Shown piece after piece: positions 30,957 to 40,601 of a DNA stretch of 64,000 nucleotides. This DNA is from Promethearchaeota archaeon. Its GTDB lineage: Archaea > Asgardarchaeota > Lokiarchaeia > Sigyniarchaeales > SOKP01. Below the pieces are notes generated by a model that worked only from the letters and a program-made list of their open reading frames with translations, was not told where the DNA came from and made no database searches. The translations under genes were made by a program, and so were the position numbers. The stretch's first letter is position 1. Every line of letters starts with the position of its first letter. The stretch lies in the NCBI GenBank assembly GCA_030599585.1, contig JAUVNS010000015.1, positions 32,001 to 96,000 of the forward strand, written 5' to 3'.

Positions 30957-31961
30957 TTAAAAAGAACGCTCTAATCCCTTAATTAAAGTAGTTAATAACT
31001 CATTTGTGACTACTTCTATCCTCAACTTTTTACCAAATTCTACAATTCTGCCGTTAATAAAGTCAATTTCGGTAGGCTTTCCCTTCAAAACGTCCTGCAA
31101 CATTGAGTTTTTGTTGTCATACGTTTTCTTCGCTACAGAATACATTAACTCGACGTAATCTCTATTCGATAGATTTACTTGCTTCTCATGCGCTATTTCT
31201 AAAGCCTCCTTAACCGCCTTTCCCATTAATTTTCTTAAAGAGTTTTTCTCTAATAGCTGCCCATTTTTTAAACCCGTAAGAGCACCTATGGCATTAATAC
31301 CAATATTTACAAAAACTTTTTCCCAAGAGCATTTTATAATATCCTCAACAAACTCCGTCGGCAGACCCCCGGTGCTCATCAGATTTTTTAAAAACAGTAA
31401 ACTCTCCTCCGCTCTATCGTAATCATCAATATTCGAATTATCTGGTTTCAAATAAGCAAATCCAATTTTTGTAAATCCTATACCAGTGTGACGCACATGC
31501 CCATAATCCTCTAATTGAGCCCCATGAGACGTAATTATTCGTAGAATCTTATTCTTATTGCAATATTCTTTTACTATAGCCTCGTTACCAATACCATTTT
31601 GTAGGATTATAAACCAATTACTTGACTCAATTAAACTCTTAAACTGAATCATCGTTCTCTCGGTATCGTACGCCTTTGTCGTAAGAAAAAGAAAATCAAA
31701 CTTATAGGATTCACTTATTTCAGAGGATCCCGTAAAATCATTAACGCTTTCGTAAGCTTTAATGTTTTTCAAAAATATATCTTTATCGGAAGCAGTCAAG
31801 CGTAATCCTTCCTTGTTTATCGCAACGACGTGATTTCTCCTTCCAAAAAAAATTATCTCTAAAGGATTCTCGTCAGAGTGAATAGAGGCAAGATATCCTC
31901 CAAACAAACTACCTATTGACCCTGCTCCAATAAATCCAATTTTTACTACTTTTTGACTCAA
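30957..31961 (-). CDS. panE: 2-dehydropantoate 2-reductase
   Basis: GAGSIG, LQNGIG, WEK..VN..IN, SMLQDV..TEIDFING. Confidence 0.93.
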   Translation of the reverse strand: MSQKVVKIGFIGAGSIGSLFGGYLASIHSDENPLEIIFFGRRNHVVAINKEGLRLTASDKDIFLKNIKAYESVNDFTGSSEISESYKFDFLFLTTKAYDTERTMIQFKSLIESSNWFIILQNGIGNEAIVKEYCNKNKILRIITSHGAQLEDYGHVRHTGIGFTKIGFAYLKPDNSNIDDYDRAEESLLFLKNLMSTGGLPTEFVEDIIKCSWEKVFVNIGINAIGALTGLKNGQLLEKNSLRKLMGKAVKEALEIAHEKQVNLSNRDYVELMYSVAKKTYDNKNSMLQDVLKGKPTEIDFINGRIVEFGKKLRIEVVTNELLTTLIKGLERSF

Positions 31962-32025
31962 AGTTTAACTAACTCTTCTTAGCAATAAAAATCCTACTTC
32001 AATTCTTTAATGGTACTCACATATA

Positions 32026-32904
32026 TTAGTTTAAAAACTTATCCAACCCCGTTTGACCCGAAGAAAGCGTACCAGATTTTTTCTTTATGTCTAATATGTT
32101 AACTCGCTCAGGGTCGTTTCTTGGTTCTAAATCCAGTTCGCGCAGCATCATCAAAGAATTTTTTGTCGCATAACCCGAAAAGTGATTGTTAAAATAAATG
32201 CCGACGGTATCAGCTTGATCTATCACATCCCTAATAGATACCGCCCATTTCCTTATTTCTTCGTCTTTAAAGTAATAATCGAACCAAGGTTTTTTACCAT
32301 AACCGTGAAATCTAATATAAGCAAAGCTAGTATCCGTAACATCCATCCTAGGAGGTAATAAAGGCTCTATCACAGCACAATATGTAACCTTCCGCTTTTT
32401 CAAATATTCAAATACTTCCTCATTCATCCACGATAAATGCCGGAACTCTACAATTAAATGATACCCATCGCGTTTTAGGTCACCCGGCCAAGATCTAACG
32501 AATTCTTTAAGCGCTCCGAAGTGATCTACCCTATTGAACGAAGGAGGTAGCTGTATCAAGAACCCCAATAATTTTTTCGAATCAATTAAAGGCTGCATCG
32601 CAGTTAAATAATACTTCAAATCAGCCGAACACAAATCTACATCCAACTTATGCTCGTGAGTTATACTCTGGTGTAGTTTTGCCGTAAATAAAAAATTTGA
32701 AGGTGTCTTATCCACCCAGTTCTTAACTATCCAAGGCTTAGGAACGTTATAAAACGTCGTGTTGATCTCCGTAGTGTAAAATATCTCCGAATAATACGAA
32801 AGATAATCCCCCTTTTTTATCCCCTTCGGATAAAAAGTCCCTAACCACTCATCATAACCCCATCCCGAGGTCCCTATTAATACTCGCTTTACTCTCTTTT
32901 CCAT
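32026..32904 (-). CDS. DUF72 family protein
   Basis: IGTSGWGY, EINTTFY, QLPPSF, EFRH.SW, YIRFHG, YFNNH. Confidence 0.92.
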   Translation of the reverse strand: MEKRVKRVLIGTSGWGYDEWLGTFYPKGIKKGDYLSYYSEIFYTTEINTTFYNVPKPWIVKNWVDKTPSNFLFTAKLHQSITHEHKLDVDLCSADLKYYLTAMQPLIDSKKLLGFLIQLPPSFNRVDHFGALKEFVRSWPGDLKRDGYHLIVEFRHLSWMNEEVFEYLKKRKVTYCAVIEPLLPPRMDVTDTSFAYIRFHGYGKKPWFDYYFKDEEIRKWAVSIRDVIDQADTVGIYFNNHFSGYATKNSLMMLRELDLEPRNDPERVNILDIKKKSGTLSSGQTGLDKFLN

Positions 32905-32949
32905 GATTAAACGATTAAAACTTTTAACCTGTAAAAACCCTTTAATTGC

Positions 32950-33059
32950 TAATTTTCTGTAATATAATTAATAATTTTCTGTAATATAACTAGTAATTTT
33001 CTGTAATATAACTAGTAATTTTCTGTAATATAACTAGTAATTTTTTTTTAATATAATTG
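32950..33059. repeat. Tandem 22-nt repeat TAATTTTCTGTAATATAACTAG, about 5 units
   Basis: Head-to-tail units with no spacers; first and last are degenerate. Confidence 0.9.
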
Positions 33060-33180
33060 GTAAAAAATGCAAAATATACTCCTATTTGAACCAAAGAACA
33101 TAGTATCCAGTGAAATAAATCATACCCCTCTTAGCGAATTTCTTAATTTTTTATTTTTCCCACTTAGTAGTCCTTAGTCA

Positions 33181-33213
33181 TTAATCCTTAATCCTTAATC
33201 CTTAATCCTTAAT
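33181..33213. repeat. Tandem heptamer (TTAATCC)x4 plus partial unit
   Basis: ttaatccttaatccttaatccttaatccttaat, with degenerate units just upstream. Confidence 0.9.
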
Positions 33214-33369
33214 ACAATAATACAATATACTCTATAAATAAACTATATGTAAAATTTTATCAGCTCTTCATATTTACCAAATACAATATTCATCACAGAG
33301 CTCCAACCTCCCTTTTAAAGTTTACCAATATCGACCATAAAATTTTTAATTAACAAATTACTCTAATAT

Positions 33370-33602
33370 TTCGTCGATGAGTTTTTAATTTGTGATCTAT
33401 CGTTATCCCTATTACCATCGATAAGTTATTGGATGTGGAAAAATATCTCATCTAACCCTGATGACATACCGCCAATAGCGGACACCGGCCTTATAGAAGT
33501 GGATCAGAAGAGACTAACGTCAAAATGCATGATACCACAGGAAATAAGTGCCTAAAACGACCAATTCCTCGGTTGTTTCAGGAAACCGGTCCAAGCACGA
33601 GC
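33370..33602 (+). ncRNA. Candidate structured non-coding RNA of unknown class
   Basis: GC-richer non-coding island; hairpins CCGC/GCGG and CCTAAAACGACC/GGTTGTTTCAGG; closing pair GGAC..CCGG/CCGGTCC; CTGATGA box-like motif. Confidence 0.35.
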
Positions 33603-35653
33603 AAAAAAACATAAAAAAATATTTACCTTACTACAAAACAACGAAAAAAACAACGATTCGTGCTCAAAGGAACACAACTCCCCATAAAAATATGAAAATA
33701 TACATTATTTTCGTCTCAATTTTTAATTTCAATCTCTAAATAAGTATTGTCTCCGAATACACAAGCCTTTTCACAGGCAATCTGAATCTTTCCTCAAGTA
33801 GACGCCAATTACGCCATCGCTATTTGGTGGATATCTTGGCTTGGGCACCGATGAAGAGCGTGACAAGCTGCGATAAGCTCGGGTTAGTCGCATGTAGACG
33901 CTGACCCCGAGATTCTTCAATCGGACATCCGCTTGCGGCCCAATAATCCGCAAGATTCCCGTTAGGGAAGGGGAACCCTGGGAAGTAAAACATTTTAGTA
34001 CCAGGAGGAAAAGAAAACAATCGTGATTCCGTTAGTAACGGCGAGCGAAAGCGGAACAGATCAAACCGAATCCCTTGGGGAAAACCCAAGGGAGATGTGG
34101 AGTGTGGACCTCGTACGGCCTAATCAACTAAGGTGAATACCCCTGAAATGTTGAGCCATAGAGCGTGACAGCCGCGTAACCGTAAATTGGAAGGCTGCTG
34201 CGAGGTATCCCGAGTAGTGCGGGATGGTTTTCTCGTACGAACGTGCCAGATACACGCTGGCAAATCTAAATATGTCCCAAGACCGATAGTGAAATAGTAG
34301 CGTGAGCAAAAGATGAAAAGAAACCCGGAAGGGTCGTGAAAAGCGCTTGAAACCAAATAGTTTAGTAAGGATGCAGCCCGAAAGGATAGATTCTGCGCGA
34401 ATGCGTTCTGGCGACAGAACATCAGAGTGCAGAGGACTAGGGTTGCATCATCAGTCTGGAATCATTGGCCAGGGAGTTTATAGTAGTGGCGAGCTTAAGT
34501 GCCTTACGGCATGTAGGCGTAGGGAAACCAATATTCTTGCAATCTAATTATCACATTAGAATGAATAGCGTACCAAGGAGTAGTTTTGCTATTCCAACGG
34601 GACGTTCTGATTTCTCCTAAGGGATTAGACCAGAAGAATGGTCTTAAAGGGCCTAAAGTCACTGCTGTAAAACCCGAAGCCGGTCGATCTATTCCTGGTC
34701 AAGATGAAGTCGCTCGAAAGGGTGATGGAGGTCTGCACCAGTGCTGACGTGCAATTCGCTTGGATGAACTGGGAATAGGAGCAAAAGGCTAATCTAGATC
34801 GGTGATAGCTGGTTCTCCCCGAAGTTGGTGTCAGCCAATCCTCAGGCGAGGTAGCTAGTGGCGTAGAGCACTAATTGCGGAACAGGGAGAAGAAATTCTT
34901 CACTCCGCTCTTAAACTCCGAAACTGCTAGCACTGTAGACCCTGGGAGACGGGTTAGTGGGCGTAAAGTCCATTGCCGAGAAGGGAACAACCTAGACTTG
35001 GGTTAAGGTCCCTAAATGCAGGTTAAGTGTTAAACGAAAGGGCGTTATATTTCTAAAACAGCAAAAGGATAGGTATAGAAGTAACCACTCCCTAACGAGT
35101 GTGTAACAACTCATTTGCCGAGAAATATAGCCCCGAAAATGGACGGGGCTTAAATCTGCTACCGAGACCCAAGAGCACGGGCGGAAGAACCCCGTGATCT
35201 GGTAGGGGAGCGTCCAGGTTGGGCAGAAGCAGGTGCGTGAGTTCCTGTGGACCGACCTGGAGCGCAGATCCTGGTAATAGTAAAAGCATAGATGGGTTAG
35301 AATCCCATCCGCCGAAAGGGCAAGGGTTTCTTCGCAATGCGTCGTCAGCGAAGAGTTAGTCGATCCTAAGCGCAATCTTAACTGAACTGCGCGAAAGGGA
35401 AACAGGTTTATATTCCTGTACCATGGCGCTACAAATAGCGGTAACGCATGACTGTATGCTAACAAATCCGGGTAAGTGGAATAGGGTCGTCGTACATCTC
35501 CCTATTTAAATGTAATAAAGCTGGTAAATAGTGTAAAACTTAGACCCAGCTCAAAGCATGAATAGCCATCCAATTGTGGAAGGTTCCGCTGAGCCCAGGT
35601 TTTAATAAAAAGGCATCAGTAAGAAACGCCGTGATCGTACCCAGAACCGACAC

Positions 35654-35684
35654 AGGTTTCGACAGCACCGTCGAGAACGTCGAC
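35654..35684 (+). other. 31-nt BHB intron in 23S rRNA
   Basis: CGAC/GTCG core with two ACA bulges; excision restores conserved AACCGACACAGGTGCCCC. Confidence 0.8.
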
Positions 35685-36584
35685 AGGTGCCCCTAGGTGA
35701 GTAGCCTAAGGCGTATTCGTGTAAAGGAGGCTAGGGAAATCGACAAATTAGAGCCGTAACTTTGGGATAAGGCTTGCTTGGGAACTTCTTCACGCAGCTT
35801 CGGCAGTGTGCGGGGGTACCCAAGTCGCAGTAACTAGGGGGGGACGACTGTTTAATAAAAACATAGGTCACTGATAGAGCGAAAGCTTGTTTACAGTGGC
35901 TGAAACCTGGCCAGTGGCAGTTTGATCAATCCGGGTTACAACCCGAGTAAGTCCTGCTAAACGCCGGGAGTAACTATAACTCTCTTAAGGTAGCCAAATG
36001 CCTTGTCTGGTAAGTTCAGACGTGCATGAATGGTCCAACGTTCTCCCTATTGTCCCAGCCTTCTGACGATTGAAATTACACTCCGGCGAACGGTCCGGAG
36101 ATACCTGGTGGGACGAGAAGACCCCGTGGAGTTTTACTGCAGCCTGTTGTTGTGGTTTTGAACTGAATACAGAGTGTAGTCGGGAGCGTAGATGCCGTAA
36201 TTTCGGTTACGGTGGAGCAACCTTGGAATACCGGCTTTCCTTTTTGAAATCACTAACGGTGCACTAGCATCGGACATCCGCAGGTGGGCAGTTTGGCTGG
36301 GGCGGCTCACTCTAGAAAAAATATCTAGAGTAACCAATGGTCAGCTCAGGCGGGTCAGGAATCCGCTGAAGAGTTTAAGAGCAAAAGCTGGCCTGACTGG
36401 ATTCTGATTACCAAGGAATCCTGAGGCTAACGCCTGGTCTAGCGATCCTTAACTGTGCTCGTGTGGCTGGTTGAGGTGATAGAAAAATTACCCCGGGGGT
36501 AACAGAGTTGTCACGAGTAAGAGTTCCTATCGACCTCGTGGCTTGCTTCCTCGATGTCGGCTCTTCCTATCCTGGGAGCGCACA

Positions 36585-36614
36585 TTACACAAATCGACTC
36601 GATTTGCGTGCGCA
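36585..36614 (+). other. About 30-nt hairpin insertion in 23S H91 (probable BHB-like intron)
   Basis: Interrupts conserved CCTGGG..CCCAAGGG; CGCA/TGCG core each followed by CAT; inner hairpin CAAATCG/CGATTTG. Confidence 0.6.
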
Positions 36615-37306
36615 TAACTCCCAAGGGTGGGGCTGTACGCCCATTAAAAGGGAACGTGAGCTGGGTTTAGACCGACGTGAGTCAGGTCGGATTCTATCTA
36701 CCAGGTATGTGGGATGACTGAGGGTAAGGGAAAATCAGTACGAGAGGAACATTTTGCCGGCGCCTCTGGTGTACCGGTTGTCTGACAAGGCATCGCCGGG
36801 CAGCTACGCGCTAACTGATAAGTGCTGAAAGCATCTAAGCACGAAGCAGGCCCCGAAATTAGTCATCCAATCTTACTTCATATTGTATAATGTATATGCT
36901 ATGTATTTAGCTTAGCTGAGTTAGGAAGGACCCCCTGTGAGGACCGGAAACTAGCTCGAAGTGTGCGTGCGTGAAAGCGTGCGTGTGTAGAAAAGGTTAT
37001 AAGTGAAATGGATGGTGTGTTAATTGTCGAGAGCGGGGCGCGGTGACGCGAACCGTGGGAGCGAGACGAGCGCACCCGTATAAGACGGGATTGGTGAGAT
37101 GGGGGTGTACGTGCCGAGCTTTCGGGCGAGGTATTCAGCCCGCCATTCTCAATAGCGCGAGTGTGTGGCATTCGAAAGAGGAAATAAGGGTTCAGGCTTA
37201 GAGTGAATCAGGTTTGTGTGAATGGCAGACAATGCGTTTGTTTAGTAGTTTAGTTTGTTTCGAAGTTAAGAAGTGAGATGGAGGTATTTTGTATTTGGTT
37301 GGGTAT

Positions 37307-37462
37307 GGGTTGTGTTCCGGAGTTTTTACTCCATTTTTTATTTTCTTTCTTTTAGTTTTTATGTTCTTTGTAGCGTTTGTGTTTCGTTGTGTTCCTTTGT
37401 TATTTTTTCTATTTTCTTATCCTGAAGTCCGTTGGGGTTGTGTTCCGGAGTTTTCACTCCAA
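37307..37462 (+). repeat. Dispersed ~155-nt composite repeat with two GGGTTGTGTTCCGGAGTTTT(C/T)ACTCCA cores
   Basis: Near-identical organisation to 40602..40760; core hairpin GGAGT-N4-ACTCC. Confidence 0.9.
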
Positions 37463-37594
37463 ATTATTTTTTTTGTAATTTAACTCAATTTACACTCAGC
37501 TCGATTATTTTCCTAGAAATAAAACCCCTAGTGTATCTAAAATCTTTTTCTAAAAAGAAAAAGAGATTTAATAAAAAGGCAATTAGATGTAAAT

Positions 37595-37756
37595 ATGCCG
37601 AAATGTGGATTTTGTAAGCGCGAAATTTCTATAAAAGATTTTGTAAAGGGAATGGGTAAGGGCTATAATGTTGAGAAAACAATGCATTGGAGAAAGAAGG
37701 TCTGTATGTTCAGCTGTCCCCACTGTGATACAATCTTAGGCTTCGGGTTTGATTAA
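37595..37756 (+). CDS. Small Zn-ribbon protein (53 aa); not in the ORF track
   Basis: MPKCGFCKREISIKDF...MFSCPHCDTILGFGFD. Confidence 0.75.
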   Translation: MPKCGFCKREISIKDFVKGMGKGYNVEKTMHWRKKVCMFSCPHCDTILGFGFD

Positions 37757-37793
37757 GAAAATAAGGAGTGTGATAGAATGTTTGTATTGCGTA

Positions 37794-37821
37794 GGGTTGT
37801 GTTCCGGAGTTTTCAATTCCA
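37794..37821 (+). repeat. Dispersed repeat core
   Basis: GGGTTGTGTTCCGGAGTTTTCAATTCCA. Confidence 0.85.
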
Positions 37822-37966
37822 TAACTTTTTATTTATTTTTATTTAAAATATTATTTATTGTTTAATCAAAACCTAGCATATTTTAATACAAAAAAAATAT
37901 AATATTGATATAGTCATTATTAGATATAACAACCGAAATTCATTTTAAAAAAGGTAAAATATCGAT

Positions 37967-38131
37967 ATGTTAGTCTGTAAAATCTTAAAAGGGCAAATGG
38001 ATCGTGTAAAAGCAGAAAAAGACATCAACAGTTTTCTCTCATCAATGCCGTTAGAGTTAGAAGATTTTATCATTTCTCAAGTTGCACGGAATAGTAAAAT
38101 CGTTACAACAATAATTTACAAAGCGAAGTAA
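37967..38131 (+). CDS. Small hypothetical protein (54 aa); not in the ORF track
   Basis: MLVCKILKGQMDRVKAEKDINSFL...VTTIIYKAK; AAGGT upstream. Confidence 0.55.
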   Translation: MLVCKILKGQMDRVKAEKDINSFLSSMPLELEDFIISQVARNSKIVTTIIYKAK

Positions 38132-38217
38132 AAACGGTCTAAAGAATATAAATTTTAAATATTTTTTATTTTTCGATTTCTTTAATATTTAAATCCAATA
38201 AATCTAAATTTTATATA

Positions 38218-38862
38218 ATGACAAATATTTATGAAGGTTGGGCACGCTTTTATCAAGAACCGAGATCGACTTTTTCCATTAAAAAAACTGGTTTTATATT
38301 TATTTCAGAAAATTTGCTAACGTTCAAGTCTTATGAAAAAGGAGTATTCTATGAAATTCCCTTTTCCCAAATGAAAGATATTAGTATGGATAAGTATTGT
38401 ATAAAGATTTTTACTGAAAATGGTAATGAATATAGCCTCTTTCCTTTAAAAAATAAAACAACTCAAGATAAGAAAAGAATTCCTTACATATTTAACATGC
38501 TAACTGAATTGAGAAAAGGACAACCTATTGAAGAGCTTAGAATTATTGAAAAACTTAAGCAGATAATGAAAGTTTCATCAAAAATAAGCGTTAAAATGTT
38601 AAAGGAATTATTTAAATTGGAAATAGGAAAAACGTACGAGATTGTTTATAACTGGGCAAGTAAATTTGGTTTTACAGTCGAAGGAGATTATTTAATTGTA
38701 AATGAATCAGCAGTTTTAGAATTTATTAAATTGCTAGATGACAGACCTGAAGTAGATACTAAAATCGAGGGAGGAAAAACAAACTGTTCTTATTGTGGAA
38801 ATTCTATTGAGGTTAGTTTAAAGATTTGTCCATATTGTGGGAATGAAAATGTTAAGTTTTAA
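38218..38862 (+). CDS. Hypothetical protein: possible PH-like N-terminus, helical domain, C-terminal Zn ribbon
   Basis: WASKFGFTVEGDYLI module; CSYCG..CPYCG. Confidence 0.65.
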   Translation: MTNIYEGWARFYQEPRSTFSIKKTGFIFISENLLTFKSYEKGVFYEIPFSQMKDISMDKYCIKIFTENGNEYSLFPLKNKTTQDKKRIPYIFNMLTELRKGQPIEELRIIEKLKQIMKVSSKISVKMLKELFKLEIGKTYEIVYNWASKFGFTVEGDYLIVNESAVLEFIKLLDDRPEVDTKIEGGKTNCSYCGNSIEVSLKICPYCGNENVKF

Positions 38863-38869
38863 ACTTATT

Positions 38870-38955
38870 AACTTTTTTATTTTCTTTCTTTTTATTTTTG
38901 TAGTATTTGTAGCGTTTGTGTTTTGTTGTGTTCCTTTGTAATTTTTTCTATTTTT
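38870..38955 (+). repeat. Internal segment of the composite repeat (no core hairpin)
   Basis: TTTTGTAGTATTTGTAGCGTTTGTGTTTTGTTGTGTTCCTTTGT matches 37365-37400 and 40652-40693. Confidence 0.8.
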
Positions 38956-39060
38956 TCTGTTATTTTCTAGTTTCTTTTAGGTTTAAACCTTAAATACTTA
39001 CAAACATGTTATAATCTATTAAATCCAGCCTTCAAACAAATTATTTTATATAAGAAAATT

Positions 39061-40539
39061 ATGAAAACTTCAAAAATTACTTCTATATTCTTACCCTTAT
39101 TCTTTTTCCAAATTATTATTGGTGTAAATTTATTTCCCCTTGTAAATAATGATTTGACAAATCTACCAGTTATAAGTGGCAACTGGGAATCTCCTGTTGA
39201 GTTAGGATCTTTTACGTACTCTGATAATGTCCGAAATACATTTATTTTAAATGATACTGCTTTTATTTTGGTTGATGTTTATGGAATGGTTATAGTCGAT
39301 ATTAGTAATCCGTTGAACCCACAATATTTAGGAAGATATGCAGAATATTCCAAAAATGTTCAAGTTATAGATGATATTGCCTATCTTACAAGTGGTAATG
39401 GTTTTTTCATTGTTAATGTCTCGGTTCCTAGTTCCCCTTCTTTACTGGGAGAAAATAACACTTTTGATTGTGATGGGTTATATGTTGACGGAGATCTTGC
39501 TTTTGTTGGTTGTCGATATTATGGAATGGTTATTTTCAATATATCCAATCCCACTATGCCTGACTTTGTAGGAGAATACGTAAATGGTTCAAATCAGGAT
39601 TATGACGATATTTTTGTTGCAAATAATACTGCTTATATTGCTGACTACCAAGGGGGAAATCTTAAAATAATCAATGTAACGGATCCTTATAATCCTGAAA
39701 TTCATGGAATCTACGATTATGATACAGTTGAGGGTGGTCCAAATGATGTATTTGTGGTAGATGATATCTGTTATCTCTCTGATTACGATGGTGGATTAAA
39801 AATAATTAATGTAAGCGATCCCGAGTCTGTAGTTACGTTAACAACATACAATTCTGGAGGTTGGGTATCAGGGGTGTTTGTTTCAGATAATATAGCTTAT
39901 GTCTCAGATTATCTAACAGGAATAAGAATTTTAAATGTATCCAGTCCTTCCAGTCCAGTCTTATTAGGATCATTTTATGATCCCAGTGAAAATGCTTATA
40001 GTATATTTTTTGCTAATTCAATTCTGTATGTTGGTTGGGGTATGGAAGGCTTGAAAATTATTGACCCGGGTTATGATTCTGATGAAGACGGATGGTCTGA
40101 CCAAGTCGAGATCTATTTACATCAAACCGATCCAGACGATCCAAACAGTTTTCCAGACGTAATAGCTCCAGTTATTACGATTATTTCACCACAACCTTCT
40201 ACTAGTTATGGAATAGATGCTCCTGATTTTAATATATCTATCATTGAATCAGATTTAGATGCTACTTGGTATACAATACAAGGTGGTTTATTTGAATATC
40301 AATTTACTGGATTAAATGGCACGATAGATCAAGAAGGATGGGATGTGACTCCTGAGGGAGAGATTTCTATTACATTTTATGCTGAAGATGGAGCGGGAAA
40401 TATAGGGAGTGAGAGCGTCGTTGTTATAAAAAGCATTCCTACTCAACCAGAAATCCCCGGATATAATATTTATCTCTTTCTGCTAGGAATTCTTTCAGTT
40501 GCAATAATACTGCTTGTTAAAAAAATGAAAAAATTCTAG
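39061..40539 (+). CDS. LVIVD-repeat cell-surface protein with Loki-CTERM-like anchor
   Basis: Signal peptide; repeated G(L/M)xI(I/V)(D/N)(V/I)SxP; DSDEDG; C-terminal IPGYN-TM-KKMKK. Confidence 0.85.
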   Translation: MKTSKITSIFLPLFFFQIIIGVNLFPLVNNDLTNLPVISGNWESPVELGSFTYSDNVRNTFILNDTAFILVDVYGMVIVDISNPLNPQYLGRYAEYSKNVQVIDDIAYLTSGNGFFIVNVSVPSSPSLLGENNTFDCDGLYVDGDLAFVGCRYYGMVIFNISNPTMPDFVGEYVNGSNQDYDDIFVANNTAYIADYQGGNLKIINVTDPYNPEIHGIYDYDTVEGGPNDVFVVDDICYLSDYDGGLKIINVSDPESVVTLTTYNSGGWVSGVFVSDNIAYVSDYLTGIRILNVSSPSSPVLLGSFYDPSENAYSIFFANSILYVGWGMEGLKIIDPGYDSDEDGWSDQVEIYLHQTDPDDPNSFPDVIAPVITIISPQPSTSYGIDAPDFNISIIESDLDATWYTIQGGLFEYQFTGLNGTIDQEGWDVTPEGEISITFYAEDGAGNIGSESVVVIKSIPTQPEIPGYNIYLFLLGILSVAIILLVKKMKKF

Positions 40540-40601
40540 GGATTAAACCAAATAAGCGATAAAAATGTTTTGATATGAGAGATGATAAGTAAGTAGGTTA
40601 A

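Larger units (their letters stand above)
33804..37170 (+). rRNA. rrl: 23S rRNA (ends approximate), with no adjacent 16S or 5S
   Basis: Universal motifs GACCGATAG, GTAACTATAAC..CTTAAGGTAGCCAAATGCCTTGTC, GATGTCGGCTC, GAGCTGGGTTTAGACCG, sarcin-ricin loop AGTACGAGAGGAAC. Confidence 0.98.

Noticed and set aside
32950-33059. 22-nt repeats as a CRISPR array
   Set aside because: Units are head-to-tail with no unique spacers, and no cas genes are present
33451-33460. CTAACCCT resembling a telomerase template near TTAATCC repeats
   Set aside because: An 8-nt match is expected by chance, the tandem unit differs, and there is no reverse transcriptase in the window
33548-37171. ORF-track entries inside and just upstream of the rRNA gene
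   Set aside because: Shadow ORFs over 23S rRNA and its leader; no protein motifs
37289-37617. ORFs 37289..37483, 37432..37617 and 40543..40788
   Set aside because: They are translations of the dispersed repeat (CSGVFTP / GVKTPEHN) with low-complexity content
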